Origin: a virus
Lineage: Duplodnaviria > Caudoviricetes
Length of the DNA stretch: 64,000 nucleotides
Direction: 5' to 3' (one strand)
Virus record (IMG/VR): IMGVR_UViG_3300028800_000089
Coordinates: 2,194 to 66,193 of that record
In this document: positions 1 to 9,555 of the stretch, piece after piece
Layout of the letters: each line of letters opens with the position of its first letter
Numbering within the stretch: the stretch's first letter is position 1
Made by a program: the position numbers and the translations under genes
The notes under the pieces: generated by a model
Told to the model about the DNA's origin: nothing
Seen by the model: the letters and a program-made list of their open reading frames with translations, nothing else
Database searches by the model: none

Positions 1-109
1 TCTACAGGGGCCATTCTTCCGGAAGAGGAGCAACTCCACCACATTGGTACCATAACCGGTATCGCTGGTGATCTCGTGTATCACTTCTACATAAAGCTTT
101 AAGGACTAA

Positions 110-268
110 ATGAGCAAAGACGTTGAAGAAGGTAAGGGATGCCTGATGTTCGCCCTTGGCCTCGCCTTAGTGATTCTGTCTATTGGTGGGTGTACCTATT
201 TAGAAAGCCTAGCAAATAAGAACAACGCCGAGGCTAATAGCCTGGAACACAGCTCGGAACACAGATGA
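110..268 (+). CDS. small membrane protein (52 aa, below ORF-track cutoff)
   Basis: AAGGA RBS, ATG at 110, hydrophobic stretch CLMFALGLALVILSIGG, stop overlaps next start (ATGA). Confidence 0.6.
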   Translation: MSKDVEEGKGCLMFALGLALVILSIGGCTYLESLANKNNAEANSLEHSSEHR

Positions 269-528
269 AAAAGCTTACTCTTAACGAAGTAGTAAAGCTC
301 ATCGAGGCCTCTGACATAGCACATGTGGAGGACGCCGTTGATGGTGGATATGTAAACTATATCGGTTGGAAGGACGACACCAACAGGGTGTACGTGCTAG
401 GCATTGAGGACTGGGACGATATCCACCTTACCAGAAAGACAGTATTCGAGGCTCTGGATGAAGATCGTATTTCTGCGTTGAAACCAAAGATAGAACTACG
501 TCTATATAAAAGGATGTTAATCAAATGA
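265..528 (+). CDS. hypothetical phage protein
   Basis: ATGA-coupled to both neighbours. Confidence 0.7.
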   Translation: MKKLTLNEVVKLIEASDIAHVEDAVDGGYVNYIGWKDDTNRVYVLGIEDWDDIHLTRKTVFEALDEDRISALKPKIELRLYKRMLIK

Positions 529-770
529 ATACTCCAAGCCGTGAAGTACACGGTTCAAGTCGGTTGCTATTTCGTGTGTATCGCTATGAAACAGACTACT
601 CCGCTAATGCCTCCTATGGCGGCGTCCACCTGGACCGCCCGACAAAGCGCGTCCTAGGCGAACTGACATCGGGGCAAGTTACTGAGTGGTCACCCAGTGG
701 TGAGCACGTCAATATCGGCGGCAAGTGGTACAGCCGTGGTGACGTTGAGATCGTTGAAGTCCTGCCGTGA
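525..770 (+). CDS. hypothetical phage protein
   Basis: ATGA overlap with upstream gene, tiles with downstream gene. Confidence 0.65.
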   Translation: MNTPSREVHGSSRLLFRVYRYETDYSANASYGGVHLDRPTKRVLGELTSGQVTEWSPSGEHVNIGGKWYSRGDVEIVEVLP

Positions 771-1039
771 GGAGAACGGCTCCGATGACGCCGCAGGAAC
801 TCTTTGAGTACATGAAGGAACGGGGCATAACCCTCAAAGATCCTGGTAACATAACGGACATGGATGAATACCAGAATGGGCAACAGCCCTTTGAGGGATT
901 CACCGTGAGCTGTAACAAGTGCAACGGTAAGAACATACAGCTCAAGGTAGCCGACTACCAGCAGACCGATTCCGGTACCGATTTCCCCACAGAGATAACC
1001 CTACGATGCCGTGAATGCGGCTTCACCTTTACGAAGTAA
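767..1039 (+). CDS. small Zn-ribbon protein
   Basis: CNKC...CREC cysteine pairs. Confidence 0.65.
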   Translation: MRRTAPMTPQELFEYMKERGITLKDPGNITDMDEYQNGQQPFEGFTVSCNKCNGKNIQLKVADYQQTDSGTDFPTEITLRCRECGFTFTK

Positions 1040-1041
1040 CC

Positions 1042-1173
1042 ATGAAATACCTATACCTCGTACCAGCCGCATTCCTAACCGGAATGATCGGTATTATAGG
1101 AGCCAGCTTCGCCATTGGGCTCCTGTGCAGACTGATTCACCTCGGATGGAGCCTCGCATGGACACCGCTATAG
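1042..1173 (+). CDS. small hydrophobic membrane peptide (43 aa)
   Basis: MKYLYLVPAAFLTGMIGIIGASFAIGLL...; fills the gap between flanking ORFs. Confidence 0.5.
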   Translation: MKYLYLVPAAFLTGMIGIIGASFAIGLLCRLIHLGWSLAWTPL

Positions 1174-1559
1174 GAGAACCCGGCAGAGCCACTGCTCGGG
1201 AGATGATGCTCTCCGGTATGCTCCATGGAGCCCTCTTGGATGCTGCCGGCTGGGCCGGAGTCAACCAGAGCCTCAGGGATCAACGTGATGAAGCCCGGAC
1301 TAAGCTCTTAGCGGCCGAGCAAGAGATTCGGGAACTGAAGGACGCTCTGACATCGTGCCATGAACATGCTGATGCCGCTTGGCATGAGCGTGATCAGGCG
1401 GTACAGAAATTAGAGGATGCCACTGAGCCTAAGTGCGAACATGGTGTCTCTCACTTCCTCTGTAGTAACCACCGAAACGAAGAGGAATGGCTGCGTTCAC
1501 ATATTCGAGCCATCGGATACGGACACCTACTAGGCCCATCCGAGCAAGGAGGAGCCTAA
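1158..1559 (+). CDS. hypothetical coiled-coil protein
   Basis: 3' part of ORF 1011..1559; heptad-like segment; start uncertain. Confidence 0.55.
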   Translation: MDTAIGEPGRATAREMMLSGMLHGALLDAAGWAGVNQSLRDQRDEARTKLLAAEQEIRELKDALTSCHEHADAAWHERDQAVQKLEDATEPKCEHGVSHFLCSNHRNEEEWLRSHIRAIGYGHLLGPSEQGGA

Positions 1560-1576
1560 ACAACCCTAAGGACACC

Positions 1577-1885
1577 ATGCCAAACCCAGATAACCTCATC
1601 GATATCGTCAGGAACTACCGCGAGAAGATCAGGATTCTCGAAGAGGAGAACCAGAGGCTTCGAGCTGAGAACGACCCAGAGGCGCTGACTATTGTCCATG
1701 CCATGGGTGTCGCCTCAGCTAATGATGCACTACGGGAGCTGAAAGCTGAGAATGATCGGCTCAAAGAAGCCCTGGAGTTGGCCACGTTTTGTACGTGCCC
1801 TAACCCCGACGGCTCCTATCCCCACGATCCCTCGAACCATATGTGCAACAAGGATCAAATTGTGAAGTTGATAGTAAATGACTAA
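1577..1885 (+). CDS. hypothetical coiled-coil protein
   Basis: AAGGA RBS before ATG 1577; repeated L-x-A-E-N-D motif. Confidence 0.65.
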   Translation: MPNPDNLIDIVRNYREKIRILEEENQRLRAENDPEALTIVHAMGVASANDALRELKAENDRLKEALELATFCTCPNPDGSYPHDPSNHMCNKDQIVKLIVND

Positions 1886-2025
1886 ACGCGGTAAACGCCG
1901 TAGCGGTGGAGTGGAGTGGCGCCCAGAACCGACATGCAGCAGATGCGGTAAACGAGGATCCCACCTTGTCCCGGCATCGTGCGGGGAAAAGGCGTTCTGG
2001 ATCTGTAACGGTACAAAGGAGTACG

Positions 2026-2850
2026 ATGACTATGAGTTCCCCATTAGAAGTCTTGGACAGACTAGTTGACGCATTAGAAAGCGGAAATGGTGCCAGCATC
2101 GGTGATGTCATGCAAGAGGCATACGCCCTGATTGACGGGGTAGCGTGTCAGAAATCCGATGTTGAAAAGATCCGTCGCGAAGAGTGGGCTAAGCACCAAG
2201 CTGAACGCGATGAAATAGTGAGCCGTCTCACCACTGAAGCCTACGATTGTATCTACGAAGGCGAGCCACCGGAGGAGCGTGAGGTACGGTGGAAGTGGGT
2301 CATGAACGGTATCCAGAACATGAAGATTAAGCTAGCTAAGGTCACTAAAGAGCGTGACGAAGCCAAGAAGAACGAAGCCGTCTGCCACTGTGGTGCCCTG
2401 TTCTCTGAACATACACAGTCCGACAACCATGGTCCCGTTGAGATGACTCCCCCGTGCCCAAACGAGGAGAAGCTCCGGGACTTTGGAGTCCATTTGTCGC
2501 ACTGCAATTTCGGGGAGCACAAAGGTACCTGTAAGTACGGCGAGGACAACTGTCCTGCGCTGAGCGAGGGTTGGCGTTGGATCGGCAATGCCATTAACCG
2601 CTACGGCGAGCTACGTGAAGAACTCGGTGAACTCCATGAGCACTCCGAGGACTCCCTTAAGGAGCTGTGCTACAACCTGATAGTCAAGGATAAGGCATGG
2701 CGAGACCGCTACGTCGGTACCCTCATGTTGCTGGCCCACGACGGGTGTATCAGTGACAGCAGAGCCCGAGAGATTGCTGGCATGACCAATAATGCCTGGA
2801 GAGATATGTTCAAACTCATGGTACGAGAATTGGAAAGTAAGTCGGGATGA
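2026..2850 (+). CDS. hypothetical protein with Cys/His clusters
   Basis: AAGGAG RBS; CHCG...H and HC...CKYGEDNCP motifs. Confidence 0.65.
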   Translation: MTMSSPLEVLDRLVDALESGNGASIGDVMQEAYALIDGVACQKSDVEKIRREEWAKHQAERDEIVSRLTTEAYDCIYEGEPPEEREVRWKWVMNGIQNMKIKLAKVTKERDEAKKNEAVCHCGALFSEHTQSDNHGPVEMTPPCPNEEKLRDFGVHLSHCNFGEHKGTCKYGEDNCPALSEGWRWIGNAINRYGELREELGELHEHSEDSLKELCYNLIVKDKAWRDRYVGTLMLLAHDGCISDSRAREIAGMTNNAWRDMFKLMVRELESKSG

Positions 2851-3052
2851 GGAATCAGAACTTCGTTAGGATCACTACGAAAGGTGACTTAGCCGCTGAG
2901 ATGTATCGCCAGGAGCAGGCGGTTGCTATTCACCTCGCGAAACACTGCTCCACGTTGATTACCATGCTTAACGGTGGTATCGAAACGAACTGGCGCACCA
3001 TTTATGAAGCGGCGCACGTACACATGGCCGAAGAACGGCATAAGGACCAACA

Positions 3053-3733
3053 ATGACTGAGACTATACAGACCTTTGGGAATATGCGTGAAATCGTTGAG
3101 GAAGCCTTCCCCAAGCTGGATATCCTGAAGTACTACCCATATGGGCCGAGGACGGATTGGAGCTACTGGCTCTGCGGTGATGTCGATCTGCGGAAGCAAC
3201 ACCTTGAGCGGTACAACAGGAAGCGGACCCGTGAAGAGATGGTTTACCGGATCGTCGAAGAGACCGGTAGAGCCATGAACTACCTGACATGTTGGGGCGA
3301 CCATGCCGCCTATGATCACCAACGCGTCGAAGCTTTCTGTCTGTGGAATCTGTTCCACAGCGGTGTAGCCGGTTGGAACCTAGAAGCGGTAAAGGGTAAG
3401 ACCGCTGAAGAGATTGAGACCATGGAGAAGTACCAGAAGCCCAGAATCGACAAGTACTACGGCCACGGTAAGTACGCTGATGCCAGGCAGAAGAAGCAGG
3501 AAGCCATGCTGATGAAGCAATGGAAGCGTACCCCGGAGTCGTGGGCTGAGCACGAGCAGATTGAGCTGAACTGCAAGGTGGCCCATCGAAGGGACTACGG
3601 GATCTTCGAAATAACTCACTTCCCGCTGCGTCGGTTCTCGAACTGTTCCAGTGAGCCGGTCATCTTTTACACCAAACAGGAGTTAGCTGCCATCTTGTTG
3701 ATGGTGGACTGTGCTTTTGAAAACCTCTGTTAA
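3053..3733 (+). CDS. hypothetical phage protein
   Basis: 226-aa ORF, ATGA-coupled to upstream gene. Confidence 0.7.
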   Translation: MTETIQTFGNMREIVEEAFPKLDILKYYPYGPRTDWSYWLCGDVDLRKQHLERYNRKRTREEMVYRIVEETGRAMNYLTCWGDHAAYDHQRVEAFCLWNLFHSGVAGWNLEAVKGKTAEEIETMEKYQKPRIDKYYGHGKYADARQKKQEAMLMKQWKRTPESWAEHEQIELNCKVAHRRDYGIFEITHFPLRRFSNCSSEPVIFYTKQELAAILLMVDCAFENLC

Positions 3734-3741
3734 GGAACGAC

Positions 3742-4176
3742 ATGACCTTTGAAGTTAATGACGGAATGGTGGAGCGGGCTCGGGCCATAGCCATTATTGG
3801 CCATTTCGGGCAATACCGTCGTGACGGTGTTACCCCATATATTAAGCACCCAGAAGACGTAGCGAATCGTTGTAGCAACAACAACGAGCGCTGCGTCGCA
3901 TGGCTCCATGATATCGTTGAAGATACTCCAGTAAGCTGTGAGGCTCTAGCTGAAGTATTCCCGCCACACATCGTTCAAGCCGTTAGGGCTATTACGAAGT
4001 GGCCCGGTAAGACAGAAGCGGACTACATCGATTCCCTGGTGGCATGCCCACTAGCCGGTGTAGTCAAACTCAGGGATATGGCTTCTAACCTAGCGGATAA
4101 GCCGACGGAGAAGCAAAAGGAAAGGTATAAGCGCATGACTGACATCATCTTAATGAGATTAGCCAGTGGAGGCTGA
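3742..4176 (+). CDS. HD-domain hydrolase, SpoT/Mesh1 (small alarmone hydrolase)-like
   Basis: H.GQ.R..G.TPYI.HP, AWLHDIVEDT and VKL.D...N motifs. Confidence 0.85.
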   Translation: MTFEVNDGMVERARAIAIIGHFGQYRRDGVTPYIKHPEDVANRCSNNNERCVAWLHDIVEDTPVSCEALAEVFPPHIVQAVRAITKWPGKTEADYIDSLVACPLAGVVKLRDMASNLADKPTEKQKERYKRMTDIILMRLASGG

Positions 4177-4576
4177 AGTAGAGAAGTTCACACCGATTAC
4201 GGTTGCTTTGAACAATGACTCGACGATTGGTGTACACGTCATGGGTTGGCAAATCGCTAACCTATATGAACATGAGCCCACTCTCTTGGATCTATGCACC
4301 CACACGTACCTTGAAGACGGCGAACTCGGCAGGTTCTTTGTCGATGAGTTCAGACCGACTACCAAAATAGGCCACGCTATGTTGGTTCTTGAGAAGCTCC
4401 GTAAAGAAGGGGAGTACGTCACTCTCACGGATCTCGGACTCTTCTGGGATGTCGCCTTTAACATGGGCGATACCAGGCACCCCATCTGTGCCCACGATAA
4501 GTCGCTGCCATCAGCTATTTGTCGTGCAGCACTCCTGGTATTACAGGATAGGAAGCAACGTGCTGGCACCGTATGA
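4166..4576 (+). CDS. phage ABA-sandwich-like protein
   Basis: VMGW...F.PTT.I..AM.V.EK...P.AICRAAL pattern. Confidence 0.6.
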   Translation: MEAEVEKFTPITVALNNDSTIGVHVMGWQIANLYEHEPTLLDLCTHTYLEDGELGRFFVDEFRPTTKIGHAMLVLEKLRKEGEYVTLTDLGLFWDVAFNMGDTRHPICAHDKSLPSAICRAALLVLQDRKQRAGTV

Positions 4577-4796
4577 TGACCAGCCCGTGGAGTTGGTTAA
4601 ACGGTGCTACAAGTGCCCGGAGTGCTTTGACGGGCATATCGAGTTCACTGGAGTAATACTGCCGATGAACCCGATGCTGTTCAAGCATCACTGCCTCCAA
4701 TGCGGACACGACTTCTGTCTGTCCGAGCAAACCGGTAGCCTCCACTACAAATACAAGGATTCCGATGATAACCGAAATAGAACACAGACTGCATAA
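4560..4796 (+). CDS. small Zn-ribbon protein
   Basis: CPEC...HHCLQCG; GTG start inferred within ORF 4389..4796. Confidence 0.5.
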   Translation: MLAPYDDQPVELVKRCYKCPECFDGHIEFTGVILPMNPMLFKHHCLQCGHDFCLSEQTGSLHYKYKDSDDNRNRTQTA

Positions 4797-5112
4797 AGAG
4801 TTGCTGGATAGTTGTTTAGTTGCATATCGCGGGTATCTCTGGGGTGAGCGCCACGAGGTTGATAAAAGTGCGCCGTGGTCGCCACTAACCAATGTCGGTG
4901 AGGCCATGCAGCTTATCGAAATCATGCGCAAGCGTGGTTACGACGTTGTCATAGCTACCTGTACTGGCTGTATGGGGCAAACCGGTGTATGGTCCGTAGA
5001 TATTCTTCACGATGACGTAGATGATGTAGCCATGGTTCACCATGAAACGTTGCCAATGGCTATTTGCTTGTCTATCATCCAGATGCTCGATCTACGTAAA
5101 CCCAAGGAGTAA
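4765..5112 (+). CDS. phage ABA-sandwich-like protein (paralog of 4166..4576)
   Basis: WSPLTNVGEAMQLIE...LPMAICL pattern. Confidence 0.55.
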   Translation: MITEIEHRLHKELLDSCLVAYRGYLWGERHEVDKSAPWSPLTNVGEAMQLIEIMRKRGYDVVIATCTGCMGQTGVWSVDILHDDVDDVAMVHHETLPMAICLSIIQMLDLRKPKE

Positions 5113-5114
5113 CT

Positions 5115-5432
5115 ATGGTTATCAGAGAAGACGTCGAAGATGGCGGTCCCATCGCGTTTCCTCTGGGAACCGATGAGAGCACCATGATTCAATATGATAT
5201 GGTCCGGCGCATGAACCAGACGCTGCGGGACCATAGAACACACGAACCCATCAACTGGCATTATAAGCCCGGAACAACTGGAGGCATCCGTTGTATCCTC
5301 AGATGTGCTGGTTCGTACTGCATGGACGATCCGTACACCGGAAAGCCGCTCAGTTACGGGGAGGTCTATGACATGCACGCCATGACCCTGTTGGTCATAG
5401 ACGAAGTAGAAAAACGAGGAAAGGCTCTGTGA
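5115..5432 (+). CDS. hypothetical phage protein
   Basis: AAGGAG RBS, tiles with neighbours. Confidence 0.6.
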   Translation: MVIREDVEDGGPIAFPLGTDESTMIQYDMVRRMNQTLRDHRTHEPINWHYKPGTTGGIRCILRCAGSYCMDDPYTGKPLSYGEVYDMHAMTLLVIDEVEKRGKAL

Positions 5433-5592
5433 AACAAATAACTAAGTCAGCATTACAGGTCAGTATAGGTTGCATGATTGGCACCATTGTATATGGCCTT
5501 TCAAACGGTCATTGGCTCGGTGCTGGGATAACTAATATCGAAATACAGGCCGGTATCTGGATGATGTACTACGTTGCCCCGAAAGGTGAGGA

Positions 5593-6024
5593 ATGCGCCT
5601 TTTCGCAATGCTCATCGGGGAAGATTCAAACGCCCAGGATCTCCTCAAGCTTCTCGGGATCAACCAAGGCGACATCCCGAGATACCGGTCGTGCTACTGG
5701 GATGGCACCTACATCATAGTCCACACCCGTACCGGTGGCGGAAATAGGGAGTTCTACGAATCACTGGAGAGCTGCCTTGAGAACTATCCGGAGTACTTCG
5801 AGGATCAGACGCGCTCCCCAGATGGTCCATGGAATGAGGATCTCCGGAAGATCCCGGGATACGTCAAGGACGAGGACTCAGACTTCGATTGTACCTATGC
5901 AGACTTCTATTATACGCCACCAAAAGGCGTTGAAGAGGCTCTAGCAGCCCTCCCAATTTCAGTGCCCCCAGCAGAGCGCTGGCAGGCCGTATTCAAAGCC
6001 CTTGAAGCTTTACCACAAACGTGA
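5593..6024 (+). CDS. conserved phage hypothetical protein
   Basis: GAGG RBS; HTRTGGGNRE and DFDCTYA motifs recalled from phage proteins. Confidence 0.7.
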   Translation: MRLFAMLIGEDSNAQDLLKLLGINQGDIPRYRSCYWDGTYIIVHTRTGGGNREFYESLESCLENYPEYFEDQTRSPDGPWNEDLRKIPGYVKDEDSDFDCTYADFYYTPPKGVEEALAALPISVPPAERWQAVFKALEALPQT

Positions 6025-6440
6025 AGTACCCCATGCCTGACGTCGAACAAGCCGCCAATATGGCAAACATCGGTAAGCAAGCTCTTATCGACCTTCTCAA
6101 CAATCTGACTCAAGCCAAGGACTTCGTCCTGGGGCAGGCACCCGATGTCTGTCAGCAGTACGTGGCCCTCGGTCGCTTCGAGTGTCTCGTACAATTCATC
6201 GTTGCTGTACTACTCGGTATTTTTGCTTGGCGCTTCCCATTGTATGTCGCCAGGAAGTACCACGAGAACCATACGCCACATAGTGCTGACGATATCGGCT
6301 ACATAATGTTGGGCTTATTCCCAACTATCGGCGCTATTATCGGAACCATTGTCCTTATGGGCTGTGCTTGGACATCGGCAGCTGCTTGGATTGCTCCGAA
6401 GATTTATTTGATCCGTGCCATCTCTGAACTCATCAAGTAG
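6021..6440 (+). CDS. two-TM membrane protein, paralog A
   Basis: two hydrophobic segments; N-terminus nearly identical to next gene. Confidence 0.75.
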   Translation: MKYPMPDVEQAANMANIGKQALIDLLNNLTQAKDFVLGQAPDVCQQYVALGRFECLVQFIVAVLLGIFAWRFPLYVARKYHENHTPHSADDIGYIMLGLFPTIGAIIGTIVLMGCAWTSAAAWIAPKIYLIRAISELIK

Positions 6441-6447
6441 GAATAAC

Positions 6448-6858
6448 ATGGCTGATGTCGAACAGGCCAGTAGTCTGGCCTCTCTGGGCAAGCAAGCGCT
6501 TGTCGATTTGCTGAACAATTTGACTCAAGCCAAGGACTTTGCCGTGGGGCAGCTCCCCGATGTCTGTAACCAATATGTAGCCCTCGGGCGATTCTCCTGC
6601 GCCGCGATGTTCGTGTGCTCGCTGCTACTGGTCCTGTCAGCGGTGCTGTACGTCCGATGGATCAATAGGACCTATAGCAAATTTGAGAAGAACCACGATA
6701 ACTTCGATTCAGACGGAATGGTGCTGGCTTACGTCATACCAACTGGTGCCATACTAGTGTTAGCCACTGTTCTATTTTGTGCCTCCATGAATAGCGTCTC
6801 CTCATGGGTAGCCCCAAAGGTCTACTTGATCAGTGAGATTAGAGAACTTATCAAGTAA
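6448..6858 (+). CDS. two-TM membrane protein, paralog B
   Basis: AGGA RBS before ATG 6448; shares GKQAL.DLLNNLTQAKDF..GQ.PDVC.QYVALGRF and W.APK.YLI..I.ELIK with paralog A. Confidence 0.75.
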   Translation: MADVEQASSLASLGKQALVDLLNNLTQAKDFAVGQLPDVCNQYVALGRFSCAAMFVCSLLLVLSAVLYVRWINRTYSKFEKNHDNFDSDGMVLAYVIPTGAILVLATVLFCASMNSVSSWVAPKVYLISEIRELIK

Positions 6859-7214
6859 TGGCACAGTTCAAGTGGGTCAAGAAAGACATTGCTGAGATCA
6901 AACGTATCGGCGCTACTAAGAAGCGCACCAAGAAGCTGTTGAATCAGTATAAGCGCCAAGGATGGTGCGACGCCGATACGTGGAACCTGGACTCGACGCT
7001 GGCTCGATTGATAGTACCACGGCTCAAGCGGTTCCGGGATACGACAAAGAGTCACCCCGGTACCACAAAAGAAGCCGAGTGGAACAAGATACTAGACAAG
7101 ATGATTGAGGGCTTCGAATACGCGGCATCACCGGAGTATTTCGGTTATGACGGTAAACAACTCGATGAAGCCCTGTTGCTGTTCGCTAAATACTTCAGAC
7201 ACCTCTGGAGTTAA
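6858..7214 (+). CDS. conserved phage hypothetical protein
   Basis: DTWNLD.TLA..I.PRLKRF...W..ILDKMIEGF...LW pattern recalled from phage proteins. Confidence 0.7.
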   Translation: MAQFKWVKKDIAEIKRIGATKKRTKKLLNQYKRQGWCDADTWNLDSTLARLIVPRLKRFRDTTKSHPGTTKEAEWNKILDKMIEGFEYAASPEYFGYDGKQLDEALLLFAKYFRHLWS

Positions 7215-7225
7215 CTAGGAAACAC

Positions 7226-7552
7226 ATGAAATACATTGTCTTCATAACTAATGACGGACAATATAGCGATTTCGAAATGCGTAATCTCTGTGTAGCTGCA
7301 ACTTCAAAAGCGGCGCAGCAGATGGTCGAGAAAATAGATACGTGGATAGCCAAGTTCAATGCTGTACGTTCAGAAAAGCGGCTGACATATCTTGATATGC
7401 TTAAGATAGTAGGAGGCCCACCTGTTCCCATGTATCCAGACTCGGATGGGACAGACGGCACCAACGGCAATATGGCTAACGGAGCTGCCTGCGGATTTTA
7501 TAGTTTTCACGCCGACATAATGCCGGTACCCGAGTACTTCGAGGACAACTAA
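7226..7552 (+). CDS. hypothetical phage protein
   Basis: AGGAA RBS. Confidence 0.6.
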   Translation: MKYIVFITNDGQYSDFEMRNLCVAATSKAAQQMVEKIDTWIAKFNAVRSEKRLTYLDMLKIVGGPPVPMYPDSDGTDGTNGNMANGAACGFYSFHADIMPVPEYFEDN

Positions 7553-7565
7553 CCAAGGAAACACC

Positions 7566-7820
7566 ATGAAAGACATCATTTCTTCGTTCACCGTTCTACT
7601 CATCGCCTGTGGCTGGCTCCATCTCAGCGGCCTCGCTGAGATGCCTGACATCGCCGCAAAGTGCGTTATGCTAACAATTTACGCCCATCTCGCCCTAGGG
7701 GCAGTGTATATCGTCAGATTCGCCGTGACGCGGCCTGGACCGAAAAAGGTTAAGAAGGCTGTAGTCAAACCGATCGCACGCGAAGAGATCGAACATCACC
7801 TCAGCCTAGTCACGGACTAG
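7566..7820 (+). CDS. small two-TM membrane protein
   Basis: AAGGAA RBS; two hydrophobic segments followed by a basic tail. Confidence 0.6.
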   Translation: MKDIISSFTVLLIACGWLHLSGLAEMPDIAAKCVMLTIYAHLALGAVYIVRFAVTRPGPKKVKKAVVKPIAREEIEHHLSLVTD

Positions 7821-7830
7821 AAAGAACAAT

Positions 7831-8232
7831 ATGGACCGTAAACAAGCTCGCAGCATAGCATACATAGTAACCGCGTATGCAGAGGGTGAGAAGATAGAGT
7901 GCCGCGACAGAGGCACTTCTGAAGAATGGATGGATGCTACATCACCAAACTTCGATTTCTACAGAACCGAGTACCGCATTAAGCCCAAAGAGGTGTACCG
8001 CCCCTGGACCTTCGATGAGGTTCCCATTGGCGCGAAGGTACGCACCAAGCCCGGTGCTGGTAGTAGCTATTCGATGTACCGTGGAGTCATCACTGGTGTG
8101 AAGATAGAAGCCGGCACCGGTGTGCTCTTCGTCTCCATTGGTGGTCACAGCCGCGTCGATGTCCAATCGCTACTGGACAACTGGATCGGTGACAACGAGA
8201 GCAGTGGCGATGTCTGTGGTAAACTTGTCTAA
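7831..8232 (+). CDS. hypothetical phage protein
   Basis: AYAEG.KIE...W.D...P.F...EYRIKP pattern. Confidence 0.65.
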   Translation: MDRKQARSIAYIVTAYAEGEKIECRDRGTSEEWMDATSPNFDFYRTEYRIKPKEVYRPWTFDEVPIGAKVRTKPGAGSSYSMYRGVITGVKIEAGTGVLFVSIGGHSRVDVQSLLDNWIGDNESSGDVCGKLV

Positions 8233-8444
8233 ATGGGTGATGAGTTAGAGGAACTCGAAAGGGAGTTCGAAGAGTTTGAAAAGCGGTTTACCGCTATTGA
8301 GAAGGACCTGAAACGGTCCAGAGAAGTCATCACCACATTGGTGCTGCGTAATGCACATGAAAAAGAACGACTAGACGCCGAGGAAGCCGACCGTAGACAC
8401 CTAGCCATGCTGGAGTCGCATGGCATAGAAATAAAGGCTGACTA

Positions 8445-8768
8445 ATGGGGATGTACGACAATCTATGGTGCCGCAGGATTCTGCCTGACGGCCTGGACGG
8501 TAAAGACTATACATTCCAGACCAAGAGCCTGGAATGTAACCTGTGGCAGTACGAAATTCTGGATAACGGTACGTTGGTTAGACACGATTTAAACGATGAA
8601 AGCTCTCAAGGTAGCTCCCGGAAATACCGAGTTATAGACCACCACGGATACGTCCTGTTCTATCACGGTGTCCGCAAGGGCATCGACATCGAATGGCACG
8701 AGTACAGTGCCAAGTTCACGGATGGTTATCTCGTAGAGATAACTGCCAAGCCAGTCAATACCTATTAA
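8445..8768 (+). CDS. conserved phage hypothetical protein
   Basis: MGMYD...FQTKSL...Y.AKFTDG pattern. Confidence 0.7.
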   Translation: MGMYDNLWCRRILPDGLDGKDYTFQTKSLECNLWQYEILDNGTLVRHDLNDESSQGSSRKYRVIDHHGYVLFYHGVRKGIDIEWHEYSAKFTDGYLVEITAKPVNTY

Positions 8769-8932
8769 GGAGTCCGATGCGATTACCGAACCTCTACCTC
8801 TTTTCTGCGGCGCTATGTCTAGGCATTGTCATCACGCTATGCGTGATGCAGTACTACCACTGCGCGCCGTGGCATATCTACGGTCAGTACCGCTGACCTT
8901 TCCGTCTCACCATTCACTCCCCAAGGAACTCC

Positions 8933-9169
8933 ATGTCCGTTCATGCCTCTCCTCCTGGTCAAGCTCACGCTAACCGCCGTGCTCGTGCAACCGAGAACGC
9001 CAAGATCAACGCCGTAGGCGCCTCTGCGCGCCGTGAGCTGACTCCGAAGGAGTTTAGCGTCCGTAACAAGCATTTCCAGAAAGCAAAGCTGGGAAGCAAG
9101 GAAGCCAGGGACGCCATGGCCAAAGTCGCCCCGCTCACCGCTAAGGAACTTCGTCAAATCCCTGTTTGA
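8933..9169 (+). CDS. small basic protein
   Basis: AAGGAA RBS; Arg/Lys/Ala-rich. Confidence 0.6.
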   Translation: MSVHASPPGQAHANRRARATENAKINAVGASARRELTPKEFSVRNKHFQKAKLGSKEARDAMAKVAPLTAKELRQIPV

Positions 9170-9175
9170 GGTATA

Positions 9176-9544
9176 ATGAAGATCAATGTCATCGCTGCTC
9201 AATTAATCGAGAACTGTCGAAAGCCTGGCGCTGTCCTACTTCTGGCTGACAGACTCAGACAGGAGCACGGCGAGAAGGAACCGGTAGCTGACTCGGTACT
9301 ACAATGCCGGGTCAAGCTACTGCGCCCGAATCCAGACATTTGTATTCGTGATAACCTCTATCCGGCTACCCTGGAGTTCGTTTTGAATCTCCTACTAGCG
9401 GACAGACCGGTTTCCGATCAGAATATGCAGGCGTATGTCATGGACCTCAACGGTGGACATACCCTGTATCTGAGGCTCTTTTCTAACTACGCCGAGAGAC
9501 TACACAGCTTTCTTGATCACGGCATCGTGATCGAGGAGTCCTGA
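9176..9544 (+). CDS. hypothetical protein
   Basis: GAGG RBS. Confidence 0.6.
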   Translation: MKINVIAAQLIENCRKPGAVLLLADRLRQEHGEKEPVADSVLQCRVKLLRPNPDICIRDNLYPATLEFVLNLLLADRPVSDQNMQAYVMDLNGGHTLYLRLFSNYAERLHSFLDHGIVIEES

Positions 9545-9555
9545 ATAACTCGGAT

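Noticed and set aside
9172-9177. TATAAT as a promoter -10 box
   Set aside because: It overlaps the start codon, directly follows the RBS, and has no matching -35 box.
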